NCBI GenBank assembly: GCA_036172245.1
Contig: JAYWIR010000012.1
Location: 4,030,001 to 4,094,000 of the forward strand
Length of the DNA: 64,000 bases
Direction: 5' to 3'
Origin: Raillietiella orientalis
Lineage: Eukaryota
The notes under the pieces were generated by a model that was not told the origin of the DNA, ran no database searches, and saw only the letters and a program-made list of their open reading frames with translations. Positions within the stretch are counted from its first letter, which is position 1. Every line of letters begins with the position of its first letter. A program made the position numbers and the translations under genes. Below, piece by piece: positions 23,500 to 37,187 of this stretch.

Positions 23500-24350
23500 A
23501 ATTCAATTAACCAAGTAAATGTCTCTTTCGCTTCGGAACCATATGCTTTAGACATTTTTTTTTTGCAACGGTCACCTTCACCAACAGCTATATGTATTCA
23601 CGGAACCATCAGAATCAAAAGTGGACTCAGTGAAGTGGTCGAAGCTTTTATTTTTCAGCCATCAAAACTTATTTGGTGGATCATGTACCGAAAAGGGACC
23701 TGCAGAATGAACAGCACTACAACGGAAGCGGTTCAGAACTGCACCGCAACATCACTCCACGTCGAAATCCTCACCTCTGCCGTTTTAAAAACTCACTACA
23801 AATTGCTATGGTCAAAGGCTACGGGCCATTTACGCAATTCTTATGGTTTCGATTATCCGGGCGAAAATCGCAAGTAGTATTCGGGGATGTGATTAAAGAA
23901 ATCCAGAATTCCAACTCTCAGCACTTCAGATAGGAAAGTTTCATAGTTTCATGGAGCAGACTCAAACACAGTTCCAGTAAACAAAAGCTTAAATACGTCT
24001 CCTTTTACTTTCAAAAAGAGTTTGGTATCCTCTTGAAAAAACGAACAATGACACTGCACATATTTTGAAAGCTTTGCTTTTCAAAAACCGAAAAAATCCT
24101 AATAAAACCCATCTGAGTTCAATTTTTCAAATTGAAGCTGTCATGGATTCCAATACTTTCGATGGCACGCAGGCGACAGGAGTCAAAGAGCTTGAGAAAT
24201 TCCCACTGATCTGAGGATGTCGTTGATGCTTTTGAGCACTTTCGATTCTTTTCGTTCCGTGCACATATATATCACTAGTGGCAAAGGCAGTCGTTGCAGA
24301 AAAGGTCCAAGGCATGTGGTCCCGAAGTAAAAGCAACCAGTGAAAACATG
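23500..24350 (-). mobile_element. Decayed LINE reverse transcriptase fragment
   Basis: SLTPVACVPSKVLESM resembles the RPISLTxVxxKxLE RT motif. A downstream LITSPILLAIF resembles the LSPLLF motif. Confidence 0.4.
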
Positions 24351-25439
24351 TGGAACCTTGGTCTATGATCCTAGGATGCCTTTCATAGTCTCTGGAGCGT
24401 GAAACAAACTAAACATCTCAAAACGAAATTGATAGAATGCAAGACTCTGCAAAAACATCTCTTTACCTTTTATTTTGTCGTTTCCATCACCATTTTCCCG
24501 TGCTAACGATTTCACTGGCCACCATTGGAGTTGTTTCTATAATCTGATATTTCTACAAATTCTGAAATTAGCTAATAACCCTCTATTACACTTCAGTATA
24601 ACGAATTCTAGCGTTCCACTCGTGTATGGGCATTACTATCTTTGTCCATCAGTTGTTAAGCCGGCTTGTTTTCACCACTTCTTCAGATGTAGAGCTCTGT
24701 GGATGAACATCTTCCAGAAACGTTTGGATTCTGAGCCAGAACTCGAAGGCACTGCCAAGACCGCTTGGATCTGTTCGATAGAAAGTCGTTTTCCAGTAGT
24801 GGCTGGCTCTGTAAAAAGAAAAGTTTTGAACGAACCTTATGGAACCTCTCTACCAACAGCAGTGACCTTTTGCCTCTCCAGAGGGCAGGTACTCCATGGA
24901 GGAGCTTGGAAAGAAAACGAAACCTGGGCATCCATGCCTTTGAAAGATTCAATCTACGATCAATTTTTTGTCCTTTTCTATTTCATCCTAGTCTGATGGG
25001 AGATCCGGGAACATTCGGATTGCATGAAGAAGTCCAAGGAAGTGGAGGAGGGATTTTTTCCGCAGTTTCCACCATTTCCTCCACCTGTTCTGTTTCGCCT
25101 TAGTTATTAATGTCGTCACAGAGGGACGTCTATTCCAATTAAATAAAGAAACATTAACAAACCTTGGGACTACCACTCAGGGACCAATAGCACGCAAGTC
25201 GATGGTAGGAGAAAAAACGCATACATAAAAGGAGGTGTTTTTATTTATTTATTTATTTAAAGACCAGTTGCGACCTCACGGGGAGATTTTACTATTGGCC
25301 TAGGATGATTATCGCCCGCTCATGACGAGCATTTGTTATATAAAAAACTAAAAAATAGATTTGTGTTTATACCCGGAGTCCCGCTGTTGGACTTGTGCGG
25401 TCCGTGTTGGGAAGGCGGCCTCGGCCTCCTGACGCTTGA

Positions 25440-26950
25440 GAGGATGGAGATTCAGCTGCGATGGCGAACCATGGCCATTGCAGCGAAGTTATGGAGCATC
25501 CCCTGAGGCGTTCCTACGCTCATCTTTCCATATCCGTGTATTCACAATGGAAGGGCTCGCGTCGTACCTTCTGTGCCCCGGCCGGAAGGTGAGAAGATGC
25601 GGTGTCCTCCTTGGACTCACAGCCACTCTGGTGAAGGAGAACGGCTGGATGGTCTGCTGCCCGCCAACTCTAGCGCATGGCTAGAAAACACACCTGACCC
25701 GCGGGCGAAGATTAATGAGCCGCAATGTGAGACATGGAACTGCCTGCAACTTGGCAACTACGTCCGCTGGTCGCTGTGGAAGATACTGGAGTGTCCCAGC
25801 AGGAGCATGTGAGCGAAGACGACCTCCCTCGCTAAGGTGATACGCTTCCTGAGGAGGGTACTCGGCAGTATTTCCAGACGCAGAGGTGGCAAGTCTCCTG
25901 AGAGATCGCCGGTAGAGAGAAGATGTAGAGTGGATGCACCATGGGACAACTGGCGGACGTTGCGATCTCAGGTGCCCTTCCACGAGGATTACAGCGCTAG
26001 GGAGAGCTGCTCAGCATTTCATCTGAAGACCTGGAGTGGTCAAGGATATCAAGGATATCCTTGACCACTGCTCAAGGATATCAGCACCCTCCCCCTGAAG
26101 TGGCAGGAATCGGCAGGTGCGGGATAGACTCCATCGACCCGCACCTGACACAGCTCGGAGCTGCGACCCCTCCCAACATTCGATGCCGTCGCTCGTTACA
26201 CTGGAATCTTCAGTGGGGGAACAACGAACCGTCCACACAATGGTGCAGGACCACAAGTTCTTCACGGGCAACACTCAAAGTTCTACCCATCGAAGGAGTC
26301 CCTTTGCCAAAGCACGCGGAGTAGCAGCATCCGCCAGCTCGCCCGTCTTCCAGCAGCCGAGTCTAGTTTTTACCGCAATAGTGCAGGAAAACTCACACCT
26401 CGCCGGTAGGCTGTTGTCATCTCTTGCCCTGAGGGAAGACAGAGCTGCGGCGAGGAGTGCGGCGGTCAGGATCCACCAATTCACCTCGTCCTGTATCACC
26501 ACTTTCGGAGGTTGTGGTAACAGATTTCGCAGAGGATGATCTTCAGGGCTCATTCCCTGGAATGCAATCCAGGGCTCAACAGCATCCTGCTGCCAAACAC
26601 TGAAGTTCGTCGGGCGACAGGAGGTCCACGGATGGGCTTCCACTAGTGAGGCGAGTTGCCTCAGGGGGAAGCCGAATCCCCGCATCCTGTAGTGATTGCC
26701 CGGCAGCAGCGAGAGCAGTCCTTCGCTGCGGGCGCATATCCGTAGGATGATGCGTGCAGGCGAACACATCGGGGTAGGCCACAGCTTGGCACAGAGTGCC
26801 AGCATTCGCAACTGCACTTGCAGCCCTATTCACTCCAGCGTCTGGATGCCTAAGCTGGCGTCCTGGCGCCGGTAGCCGTTGAAGTCTCCAGCTATCAGGT
26901 GCGCTCTCCGCACGCCTGCTCTCCGCATCTCCTCCTTCTTGCAGCATCAA
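25440..26950 (-). mobile_element. Decayed APE-type LINE ORF2 fragment
   Basis: LIAGDFN at about 26878-26898 (APE endonuclease motif), then EDH (SDH-like) and a GVDG-like motif near 26135. Confidence 0.5.
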
Positions 26951-27349
26951 TCAACGGGAAATTCCCTTCCCCTGCTCTTAATTTTCGACTGTCGCTGCAT
27001 TCCTAGGAGACTTTCTCGCTCTGAGGTCAAAGGAAGCGACCTGGGTACAGAAGGAGGAATGCAGAAAAGAGAAATCAGAAAAACAAGAACTCCATCTCTG
27101 CAGAAAATGGCAGCAGGTACAACATGTCTACAAGACAAACAGAGGCGAGCCCCTGTCCCAGAAGCAGCCAGCGGGAACTCTCTAGAATGTGCTTAGACGG
27201 ACTCTCACCAGGATAAAGAACGGACTCTATTAACTAGTCAACGTGTTTTTCAATCTGAGCTGAGAGAAGGACAGACTCTGACACATGGAAAGTCCTTGCA
27301 ATCACGTTAGAAAACTATCAACAGAAGAGAAACCACGAAATCCCTGCTT

Positions 27350-28120
27350 TCCTCACGAGGGGATGAGCATGTTCGATGGCCAAGGTGAACATGGATACCT
27401 TTGACGATGTGGGCAATATTCGCGAAAGAGATGCACTCTTCCGAGAGCAAATTCCCGGAAGGAAAGAGAGAGCGTGAAATTGAAAGGATGAGTTGTATTT
27501 GTTTGTTGAAACGCACCATCCCTCTGCTCCTGGAAAAAGTATAGGAAGCAGAGAAGGAAGACCAGGTCCATCAAGGAGTATTCATTCTGTTAATGGAGTG
27601 GCCTTTTGATGCACCAAGCAAACACAGCAGCTGATGAAACACTGCAAGGGAACATAGTCAACGCTGGAAAAGAAGAAGAATTTTTGTTTTGGATCCTAGA
27701 GACAGTTTCTGGGAAACAGAGAAGGATGGCAGTACCTGGTGGAGCCTACCCGGACGCTGAAGCAGAATCCGACGTGGAGTTAGAAACCGGGAATCATCCA
27801 AAGGAGAAAGGAGGTGTGGATACAAGAAGTAGCGCGAGTACGTTTGCATTTGATACAGTTTCCACCATTGACGACTGCCGAATCGTTCCTGAATGGAATG
27901 CAGCGATTCGGGAGACCTGGCACCGGGAATATCCACACACCAGGAGATTCCCTACGGAAGAGCAGAGGAGATCCAGGAAAGATGGTTGGACAAAAATAAA
28001 GAGTCGATGCAGGACAAGTGAGAGCAAGGAATCGGAAAAATACCCTTTCTTCCGTTGCGTCTTCCACTCTCACCCACATTGCCAATTTCTCGTGAATAAG
28101 GTAAACACCTTTTATGGGAA
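27350..28120 (-). mobile_element. Decayed L1-like endonuclease/RT fragment
   Basis: RRNGRKGIF..SHLSCIDSLFLSNHL resembles the L1 endonuclease WR..NP..YT..SRIDYFL region. Confidence 0.35.
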
Positions 28121-29713
28121 ATAAAACAAACCGGATGTGTGTTCCTAGGAAAGGAATAAAGAGGAAAAAAAAGAGCATTTCTGCTTTCAAATCTTTGCGT
28201 GAGATGGAATCCTTTAGACAAAATGCAATGCCTCGTCTGGATGAGTAGCAGTTCCAGTACCATTGTAAGCTGCTGTTGCATGTTATAACCTTTTGAACGA
28301 GTTCAGTATCATTTTGTGGGCTGTAACGCATTCCAGGAACTTTCTGTGAGCATTCAAACAGGGAAACGGAGGCTTTTGTAACCCGCAGTTATTACGGACA
28401 TCAATTCATTATTTGTAGCACTGGAAATCGGTGGGCACTGGAAATCGGCGATTGCGGCGCGCGGCGGCAGCGTACGAACTGCGGGTCCGACTTTCACTTT
28501 TGCAAACCCAAAAAGTGGTATGTAATCAGGAAAAGTTTCCATTTCTTTTTCGCAAAGACGAGAAACATTCCTCGCAATGCCTCGAAAAATGGGGAAAGAA
28601 ACGAATTTACCAAGTAAGAACGAAAGTGAAACGTCTTGCAGAATTCTTCCATTTGAAAAATTGATCATTCCTCAAAAGTTTGTTGAGAATCAACCTTTAG
28701 TTTTGTGGAATTCCGATAGGTTTGACAGTTTTCGGTTTTGCATGGCTGCTTTGAGTAACGTGAATGCTTTGCTTCTTTGATGATCTGAAGCAGCTGTGCA
28801 TGGGATGCTATGTTTGTGTGGCCATGGTGTGTGCAAGTCTTTGACACACTTCTGAATGCAGCCAACGAATCGACGAGTTTGTTGTCAGGACCTTTACAGC
28901 CCAGATTTCGAAATTACTGCGTACATTCGTCACAGACTGTTCTCATTCCTGTTTCCTGTGCTGTCGTTTTATCCGTGTTTCTTATGTATTTTTGAGAATG
29001 TGCTCTATAATGTTAGATAATTATCATTGTAGATGATGTTTAACGAGTAGGTAAGTTGGACAAAGTCCATCGGCATTGGAATAATTTATGAGTAATTGGT
29101 ATGTGTATTACATTTAGTGCTTCAACATAGACAGTAATTGAATTTGCTATCTTTCAACAGTAGTTCCTTCCACATACAGGGGCTGTACTTTTTCCAGCTG
29201 CAGCTTTCAGTGTGTATTATGTATTTAAGTGGATGTACGTATTGTTTTATTTGTGGTGATTTTAGTTAAGCAATGTTTTCTGTGCTTAATTTCATCCATG
29301 GAAATTATGGGTTTCTTCATGTCCTGCATTGTGTTTGTTTCTTAACCCATTCAGAAAGTACCAGCAACATTTCCTTTCACTGCGCATGCCATTCTTGTGT
29401 TACTACTCCAGGAGTACCTTGCATTTCTTTCTTTCTTTTAGTGAAGAGGATCTTCATATTTTATTTCATTGCCCTGGCAAAAAAGACACCAATCAGATTG
29501 ACACGTTTAGTATTGCCAGCTTGTCAGCTTCAGAACATTTAGAAGATTTGAACATGGAAACTGCTAATCAATCACATCATTCTTTCTTTTGCTGCAAACC
29601 AGTAGTTTCAAAGACGAGCTGTTGTCTGTTGTGATTGTTTTGTATTGCAGTCGTTTTGTGTATCCCAGGTTTTCTTTTGCATACTATGTTTTTGGTATCC
29701 TCATATTGGAAGC

Positions 29714-30838
29714 ATGAATAATCCTGGTAAGCAAGTTGTTCCAATTATTCTTACTGCTACTACATGTTGCATTTCAGCCGATTGTCATTCATCGCAAAAT
29801 GCTGATGCAGCTGCAGATAGATGCAAATTACCTCTGGAAATTGTAGAGTTCTGCAAAACGCTTCCCAAGGCAGAATTGCATGCCCATTTGAGTGGTTCCG
29901 TATCTTTGGATACCAGACAAAAATTCGTTCGTCAGCAGGGTGTTTTGTTGGAGTCTCCTGTGTTTTCAACATTTCAGTCTCTGAATGCTTGCTTGCAATC
30001 GTTTCATTCCATCCATGAACTACTTAATTGTTTTGAACGTGTTTTCACTGCTACATTTGATGTGATACAAGAATTTTTTGATGATGGTGTCCGGTATTTG
30101 GAGTTGCGTACAACTCCCCGGGCGTTGTCTCCTACTGTTGACAAGCAGCAGTATTTAGAAGCTGTTGTACAGGGCATACAAGCCCAGAAGGTGCGCCTAC
30201 CGCAAATGGATGTTTTTCTGTTGGTGTCCATTGATCGTAAAGCTGGTACGGAAGATGCTTGGGATACGCTTGCTGTTACTTTGCGCCTGCATAGTCTCTA
30301 TCCTGAGACCATAGTGGGCATGGATTTGAGTGGTGACCCCCGAGCAGGAAAGGGAGCTGACTTTGCTCCTATTTTGCTGAAAGCTCGTGCTGAGGGATTA
30401 AAATTGGCACTTCACATAGCAGAAGTGGAAGACTTTGAGGATAGCCTGCGTTTACTTGAGTTGCAACCGGATCGTATAGGTCATGGGACTTTTTTGCATT
30501 CGATACCAGGTCCCACTGACTGGAGTCACATTCCTGTTGAACTTTGTCTGACTTCTAATGTACTTTGTGGTACAGTTGCTGCATACGAGCATCATCACTT
30601 TAACGCCTTGTGGAAGGAGAATCGTCCAGTAGTATTGTGTACTGATGACAAAGGAGTCTTTGGTACCCAGTTGAGCCGCGAATATGCCTTGGCTGCTCAT
30701 TTCTTTCATTTACTGCCGTCTGATCTCGTCCTACTCGCCGAACACAGTTTCGAGTATGCTTTCGGAAAGACAAAATCATTTGATTCCCGGGGTTTTGAGT
30801 CACGCATACCAAAACGGTGGAATACAATGTCTTCATGA
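29714..30838 (+). CDS. ADAL: Adenosine deaminase-like protein (ADAL/MAPDA, N6-methyl-AMP deaminase family)
   Basis: Motifs LPKAELHAHLSGS, YLELRTTP, GMDLSGDP, LHIAE, RIGHG, PVELCLTSN and LCTDDKGVF. ATG at 29714. Likely 51-nt intron at 29727-29777 (GTAAG...TTTCAG). Confidence 0.93.
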   Translation: MNNPGKQVVPIILTATTCCISADCHSSQNADAAADRCKLPLEIVEFCKTLPKAELHAHLSGSVSLDTRQKFVRQQGVLLESPVFSTFQSLNACLQSFHSIHELLNCFERVFTATFDVIQEFFDDGVRYLELRTTPRALSPTVDKQQYLEAVVQGIQAQKVRLPQMDVFLLVSIDRKAGTEDAWDTLAVTLRLHSLYPETIVGMDLSGDPRAGKGADFAPILLKARAEGLKLALHIAEVEDFEDSLRLLELQPDRIGHGTFLHSIPGPTDWSHIPVELCLTSNVLCGTVAAYEHHHFNALWKENRPVVLCTDDKGVFGTQLSREYALAAHFFHLLPSDLVLLAEHSFEYAFGKTKSFDSRGFESRIPKRWNTMSS

Positions 30839-31149
30839 TGTCGTAGCAGACGGAGGGAAAGTTTCTCCACATTTCTGCCAACCCGCCATCTTTGCGTTCC
30901 ATTCTAATGGGATCCGAAAAATGTGTCCTCGGTGACTCGGCTCCGATTCCCGTGTGCCTTCAATATCGGTTTATTGCTGCCAAGTTGCCTGTCCGAAATA
31001 CAATTAACGACTGCCCGTGGTAATGGTGCAATCAAAAGCCTTCCAGAAATTGGATCGCATCGAGCCTTCATTAGGTCGTCATGATCGAAGGGTGGCTTTA
31101 TGACGGCTCTTTGCTTTGACGGTGGTGGTGGTACAGAATTTCGAATCCG

Positions 31150-32450
31150 TACGTGGATGCAGCGTTTTGCCCTGCAGCTGCTGATCAGCATCTGAAAGAG
31201 TGGACTTGCATCGAATGCATCTGCGAAGGAGGTGAAGCAGGAAGAAATGAATTGCACTGCAAGTATGGTCAAGAAAGTGGAAAGAATCCCATATCTTGGA
31301 CCCGTTTTTTCCGAAAAATTCAAGGATCCTGCATAATAAATCTCAAAATTGAATGGCATCATTGAGATGTGATTTTTGCGGATGGATGCACGTTGGTTTA
31401 TCGTGCTCTTACGACCCGAGGTGTATGGATAAACGATTGATGGGGAGATCACTTTCAAAAAGTGGTACACGGCTCGGAAAAGGGTTGAAAGCAACGGAAT
31501 TTCTACTTGTACTTTCGACAGTTTGGCGAAAAAGCGCTATACATTACAGGACGTGTCGTGGGTACTTCCCCACACGTAGTGGGGGTGGAATCCTCGTGGA
31601 TTTCCTTCCAGACGAAAGATGAAGGTGACGGTAGAGAAGCTGAGAGATCCGGGAATGGGGAGCCTTTATGTGGTATTCTCGGCTATTCGAAGCTGGGGCC
31701 GCGGTGATCGATCAGGTCCCGACGTGCTTTTCTGGGAATAGTGGTCAGGTATCTGTAGGTAGAATGATGGAGGGAGAAAAGAACTGAGTCAAGGTGAGTG
31801 CCGTGTTTGTCAAGCTGCGGGAACAAATTGCATAATTTAAATCGCCAACACCTCGTTGTGTGAATACAATTAATTTGGGGATGTTCTCTTGCATTTTTGT
31901 TCGTACCCGTCCCAGAAAATTGATTTCTGATGTACGATTACCAGCAACACACCAGGTGCTGACATTTGATGACCTTCCACATCAAAAATGTAAGCTTTCC
32001 TTGGACTTCTTGATGCCGAATAGGGATTGAATTGATGCATTTCTTAGTACGTTGGCAGCACGGAGCACTGCAATTTGTGAAAGAATTCTGAGCTTGCAAA
32101 GTCAGCAAACAAAAAGAAAAAACCCCAAGGGGAGGAAATCATCAGCAGAGTGTTGCGTTAATGGGACAGGTGGTTGGTTGGGTTGGTAGAGCCAGAACGG
32201 TTGTACCGACTCTTGCGGAGTGCGATGGCGAATGAACGGCAACGGTGAGGTTTTCTCAAGATAATTTTGAACTGCCGAACACGAGTGATTGGTGTCACTG
32301 TCAACAGGAGGTACGCCAAAAGTGTACAAGCCCCGCGGTACACCTTGTCCCAAAGTTTCCAGTTTCGTTTGAAGCAGTCAAGCAGTAGACTTTGCTTTCG
32401 AGTCGACAATTGCTACCGGCCAACTGGCTTCTGGAGTGGATGGAGGCTTC
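31150..32450. mobile_element. Mixed, heavily decayed retroelement-like fragments
   Basis: Weak integrase-like (WTCIEC, CDFCG) and LINE C-terminal-like peptides; many stops. Confidence 0.2.
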
Positions 32451-33262
32451 CTGACAGGATGCGGAAACTTTCACTTTTCATCTGTTGCAGAAGGTTCAGC
32501 GTTCGATTGCACTGCGCTTCCACTCGCATTCTCTCTCTCTTACGACTTTGAGAAGCGTCGGTCAAGCATGGAGCATCCAACTCGTGCCCACCGCTGGCCA
32601 CCCCACGGAAGCTCCGAGTAGCGCAAGGCGAGCGCGGGAGTTCAGCCGGCTGGGGCTGCCCCAGTGAAAGTAATCGAGGTGCAAGGGTGCTGGGGGAAAG
32701 GGACTCCTCGGAGGCATTCGCCAAACGGCCAGCTCTCTTCCTGTAGTCCTCTATCTTCTTTAGCTTGGGCAGGAGCACCGCGTCAGGCGTCACAAGGAGT
32801 GGGTCGTAGTAGGAGCACCACACCACACGAACGCTTCCTCATGCGAGCTGTTCGGATGGTCTTCGAGGCGAGAAGGACGCTGTGGTATAGGGCAGAAATC
32901 CACTTGCCTTCGTTCATGAAGAGGTCCCCCTCCCCTTTTTCCCCTCGGAACTCGGTCCACGTCTTCTCTACCACTTGCTCCTGCATCTCCCTTCATCTCC
33001 AATCAGATTCCAGGAGCACCTCTTCGAAGCATCACGGGCGAGATGCCCTTGCAAGCGACGGTGGGAGTTTCTCAGATATGGGAGCGGGAGGGGGGGACAC
33101 CGCAGGCACGCGACTCCGCCGTCGCAGGTACAGCCAGCGGGGATGGGCGATGCAGCTGACAGGGAAGCTGCGCGTGTTGGATGGACCGAGTCCCGAAGGA
33201 GCGGGGGCGAAGGTCTCGGCATCATCCATGCGATTTCTCTTCAACTTGGCTTCGCCGGACAT
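32413..33262 (-). pseudogene. Frameshifted GC-rich coding relic of unknown type
   Basis: Consecutive protein-like ORFs 33032..33262, 32783..32986 and 32413..32826 (LFMNEGKW.., CGVVL, PLLVTPDAVL). Confidence 0.3.
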
Positions 33263-36200
33263 CCAGCTCGTCTAGGGAAGAGGGAAGGAAATCCCGTAAA
33301 GGAGGGAAGTGGGGAGGAGACGGGGGAAAGATGCAATCGAGGAGAAATGAGGAAGCTAAGGACGCAGAAGAGATGCGAGGGAGGAGTGGAATCTGCGGAT
33401 CTCGAGAAGGCTCTGCCGGGAGGCGGCGTTGCCTCTGGACGGACGGACGAAGTCCTCGGAAGTCCCAGGGAGGAAGAAGAGGAGAAGGAAGGGTGGACAC
33501 GGGGAAGGACGGTGCTCGCAGACGCGGAGCTGGAGAGCCTTCTTTCTCCTTCCGTTCCCTAGCATGGTGCCGACCACGGGTGGCCGTTGAAGCCGCCCCT
33601 GTTTCCTGACTACAGCTCTTTTTTTGTTGTTGCTGTTTCTTGCGTGAAGGTGTTTGATTTTCTTCCTGTGCCTTGTCGAGAGAAGGGGGAGGGGGGAGAA
33701 GGGGGAAAGTCGGACGCGATCGCAATCTCGGTGGAGGAGATGCTGCTGCTTCTCAAACGCTGCTGCATCCCATCCATAATTTCGAGAGATGACGGCATCT
33801 TTTTTTCAGGAAGATGAGAGTCAGGGAGGCGTCGTTAAGGAAAACAAATGATGGGGGAGCGGCGGCGATTCCATCAAGCGTTCCGCGTGGCACATCCTCT
33901 CTCCGCGCTCTCTCCTCCCTCCCCCCATCATCAGTTCGCGTTGCCGCTGCATAGCCGGGAACGCGCGCCGCCGGTCAGGCGGGCTCGATGCGCGCACAGG
34001 CACGGTCCCCGTCGGCCCCCCGCGCGCGGAGGAGGACGGGGCCGCGAGGAGAACCGTGAGGGCCGCGAAAAGAGCGGCCCCGCTTCCCTGGCGAGCACAC
34101 CCCTTTCTCTCTCCTATTCGGGAATTCCGAGGAGCTCCTGCCAGGATCCCGGCCGCGAGGGTCGTCCAAACAGTTTCCCCGGCAACCCCGTCCGTCTTCC
34201 CGGTCCCTAATGGTCACGAAAAGTCATTTGCGGCGAAGGACGTGCGCGGAACACATTGTGCGGAGGGAAGGAGAGAGTAGGCGGCAGGGCCCGCCGAGGG
34301 CACGGAGATGCGTTGGGGGCGGGGGAGCCTCTAGCTCGGCTTTCCTGGGATTTCCTCCCGTCAGACCGGGAGGAGGCGGGGACTGCCCTCTTCCTGCCTA
34401 GGTACGGGGGCCGCAGGATTCACACCGTGACCCCGGATCGGGCAGCGGACGGCCAGGGACGAAAGGGGAAGGCAAGTGGGAGGGGCCTTAGAAGTCGCGG
34501 AAGAGGAAGAGAGCTGAGCGGGTGGGCTGTGGCTGACGGTGCCCCGGGGGGCAAACAACTTTTCTGGCCGGTCCCTCTGTTAAGTATAAAGCCCTTGGCT
34601 CTGTGAACTCGCGAACAGCATGACCTCCCGACTCTGGGAACCACCTGCGTCATTGCTTCAAGCCCTCAGCGGCTTCCTCGTGTCGAGGAAACCCCGGTAG
34701 CGGCGGGTGCAAAGAGGAAGGAGGAAGCAACTTTCGCATGGTGATGGGAGGGAGGGGGATGCAATGGGGATGAGAGGGGAGTAAAGGTAGGTATTGAAGC
34801 CGTGTGGCGTTCCTTTCCTCACCATGCCTTTCGCTTCCTGCCATCCCTCCTATGGACTAGGGATCTTGCAGAGGAACGATCGAAGGGCGATCCCTCCACC
34901 TCACTGACCTGTCCCCTTGGAGATCCCCCCCTTCCTTCGACAGCTCACCCCACGCACCAGACGACGACGCTTACTGTGTGCCCGTCTCCGCCCCCTCCCC
35001 CACTTCGGAGTCGTCTCCGCGTCTGCCAGGGAGCGGGGACATCGTTCTGTCCACCCACGCGGTTTCAACCCAGGATGGGCGGTGTGTCGGTGGCCAGGCG
35101 GGCCGGAATGGGAACCGTTGCCCTCCACCCCTAAAAGGGTAACTTCCTTCTCCCAGGCACTTCGGGCGGGGGACTCATCCCCCTCTGTGAAATTGCTCCG
35201 GATCCCCGAGATCGTGCTGAAGAAGAAGGGTGAGGGGCAGTGGCGTTGGGAAAAGGTGCATGTGCTCCTGAGGGAACGGGGGGAAACTGAGAAGGGAAGG
35301 CGAGAGGGATGGGGTTTCCTCCGACGTCCTTCAAGAGCGGGATAAGGGGAAGAAAGAAAAGAAGAAAGGATTTTGCTCCCTGGGGACTAAGCAGACGGCT
35401 CCCGAAGGAGTTCCTGGATGGGCCGTTGCGTTCTGACCTGGAGGGTTGCAGCGCCACATTGGGAGCCCCTGCGCGCGCGTCCCTGCTCCCGGTAGGGCGG
35501 AAAGAGGAGGTGTTTCCTACAAGAAGAAGGTCCTCCCTCTTTCCAGGAGCGATAGGAATCAGGAAGCAGTCCCCGAAGTGGCGCGGTGCGGCGAGTGGAA
35601 GGTGATGCGAGCATACCGCTGGGCTGCCCGGGAGGTATTGCGAAAGGGAGAGTGGACTGGGAGGGGGGTATAGGGACGGCCACTTCCTGCACTTCTGTTG
35701 GATGGGAAGAAGGGGGGTAGGTTTCATCCATGCTCTCCCTTCCTGGACTGCTCTGGAGACCGCAGAGTCTCCTCACGGCTCCAGAGCGAGGCTTCTCTTC
35801 TAGGAGCGTGGCCGGAGGCATCGGGAGGGGAGGGGGCGTGAAGCGGGATCTCAGAAGAGAGGAAGAGGCTTTCTCACCGGAGGTGGGTGCCTCGGTGGGA
35901 TGGAGGAGGGCAGGAAACCGGCGACGGCGCGCGCTGCTCCAGGTCCCGGAAGGGGAGGGACGGGGAAGGGCGGTTTCTCCGTCAGTGCGGCTTCCAACCG
36001 AGGGCCGAAGAGATTCCTCCTGCTTGGAATGGGGGTGATCGGGCCGGGGGAGGGAGAGAAGGAATGTTTGGTTTGGGGCGGTTCGATGCTGGCGAGGGGC
36101 GTCCCGGTAGAGCTCCAGGACGCTCCTCCGCGTGCAAGTCTCCTCCCTTCTCCTTCATCCCCAGGCTGAGAAACGACTCCCGGGAGGATTCTCCTCCCTC

Positions 36201-37187
36201 CTGCTCACAAGGGACGCATTCTCCCCTCCGCTTTGCCTCGCCAGGCTTGTGGACGCGCCACTCCTCCCTCTCTCTTTCCCGCCCGCGCGAACTGGTCGCT
36301 CCCAGCAGGCCGCTTTCGCTCAAAGGAGGGAACAGGCAGCCGGGAACGGGCTGCCAGTCTTGCTGGAAAGTTGGCGTGACCCCCTCCCACACACTCCCTG
36401 CTTCCCTGGGAGAGCTGTGGAAGCTGGAGGTTCTCGCCCATCGGGAGGAGCCGGCCTTCCTGCGGTCGGGGGGTCATTCTGGAACCCCCCGCGCCCTGCT
36501 TGCCACCTCACCACCGCACCTCGGTAGAGGTCGCCCTTTGCATGGCGGTGGGTGGTGGTGCGCCCCGGCGACGACGGGTGGCGGCGAGGGGGCGACAGAC
36601 GGCCCCTTCGCCCCAAACCATCTTTATGGAAAGGACCTTGTCGCCGTCTCCTTCGGACCAGGAAGGCAAGGAGGTGGTCCCAGGTCCATGCTCCCGAGGT
36701 CAAGGAGCTCGAGCGGCGCAGCCATCCACCGATCCGACGGTCCTTTTTCTCCCTCTCCTCCTTCCTTCCCTCCCGGAAGCGTTTCTAAAAAAGGTCTCAG
36801 AATGTCCTGGTGTGACGGCAGAGGCGTTCCTGTCCCTTGCTGCTACCCCTACCCCCCTTTTCGTCCCGCGAGAGCGCCACTCATCCCTTGGAGCTGGACC
36901 AAGTTAGTGAAAACCCCTTTCGGCACTTGGAAGGGAGGGATTGGGAACCCTTCTTTCCCTCCACAGTCTGTTTCCCCTTTCCAGGAGCCTCACAGGCAGA
37001 ACATGCCAGAAAGGCTGTGACCGCAGCTTCCTGGAGCAAGAGAATCCATTAAAAAAGGGGGGTGGCAGGGGAAAAAGAAGGAAATTCAGCTGTAGGCGAG
37101 TGCAGGAACGGCTTTACTGGCCCAGGGACTGCAGGGCGGCTGGGTAGGTGGTGACCCCAGGGAGAGGAGTTCCTCCAGAGAGAAGAA

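Noticed and set aside
33300..37100. Many 60-380 aa ORFs in GC-rich sequence
   Set aside because: Open on both strands, P/R/G/S-rich, with no motifs or codon periodicity I can detect.
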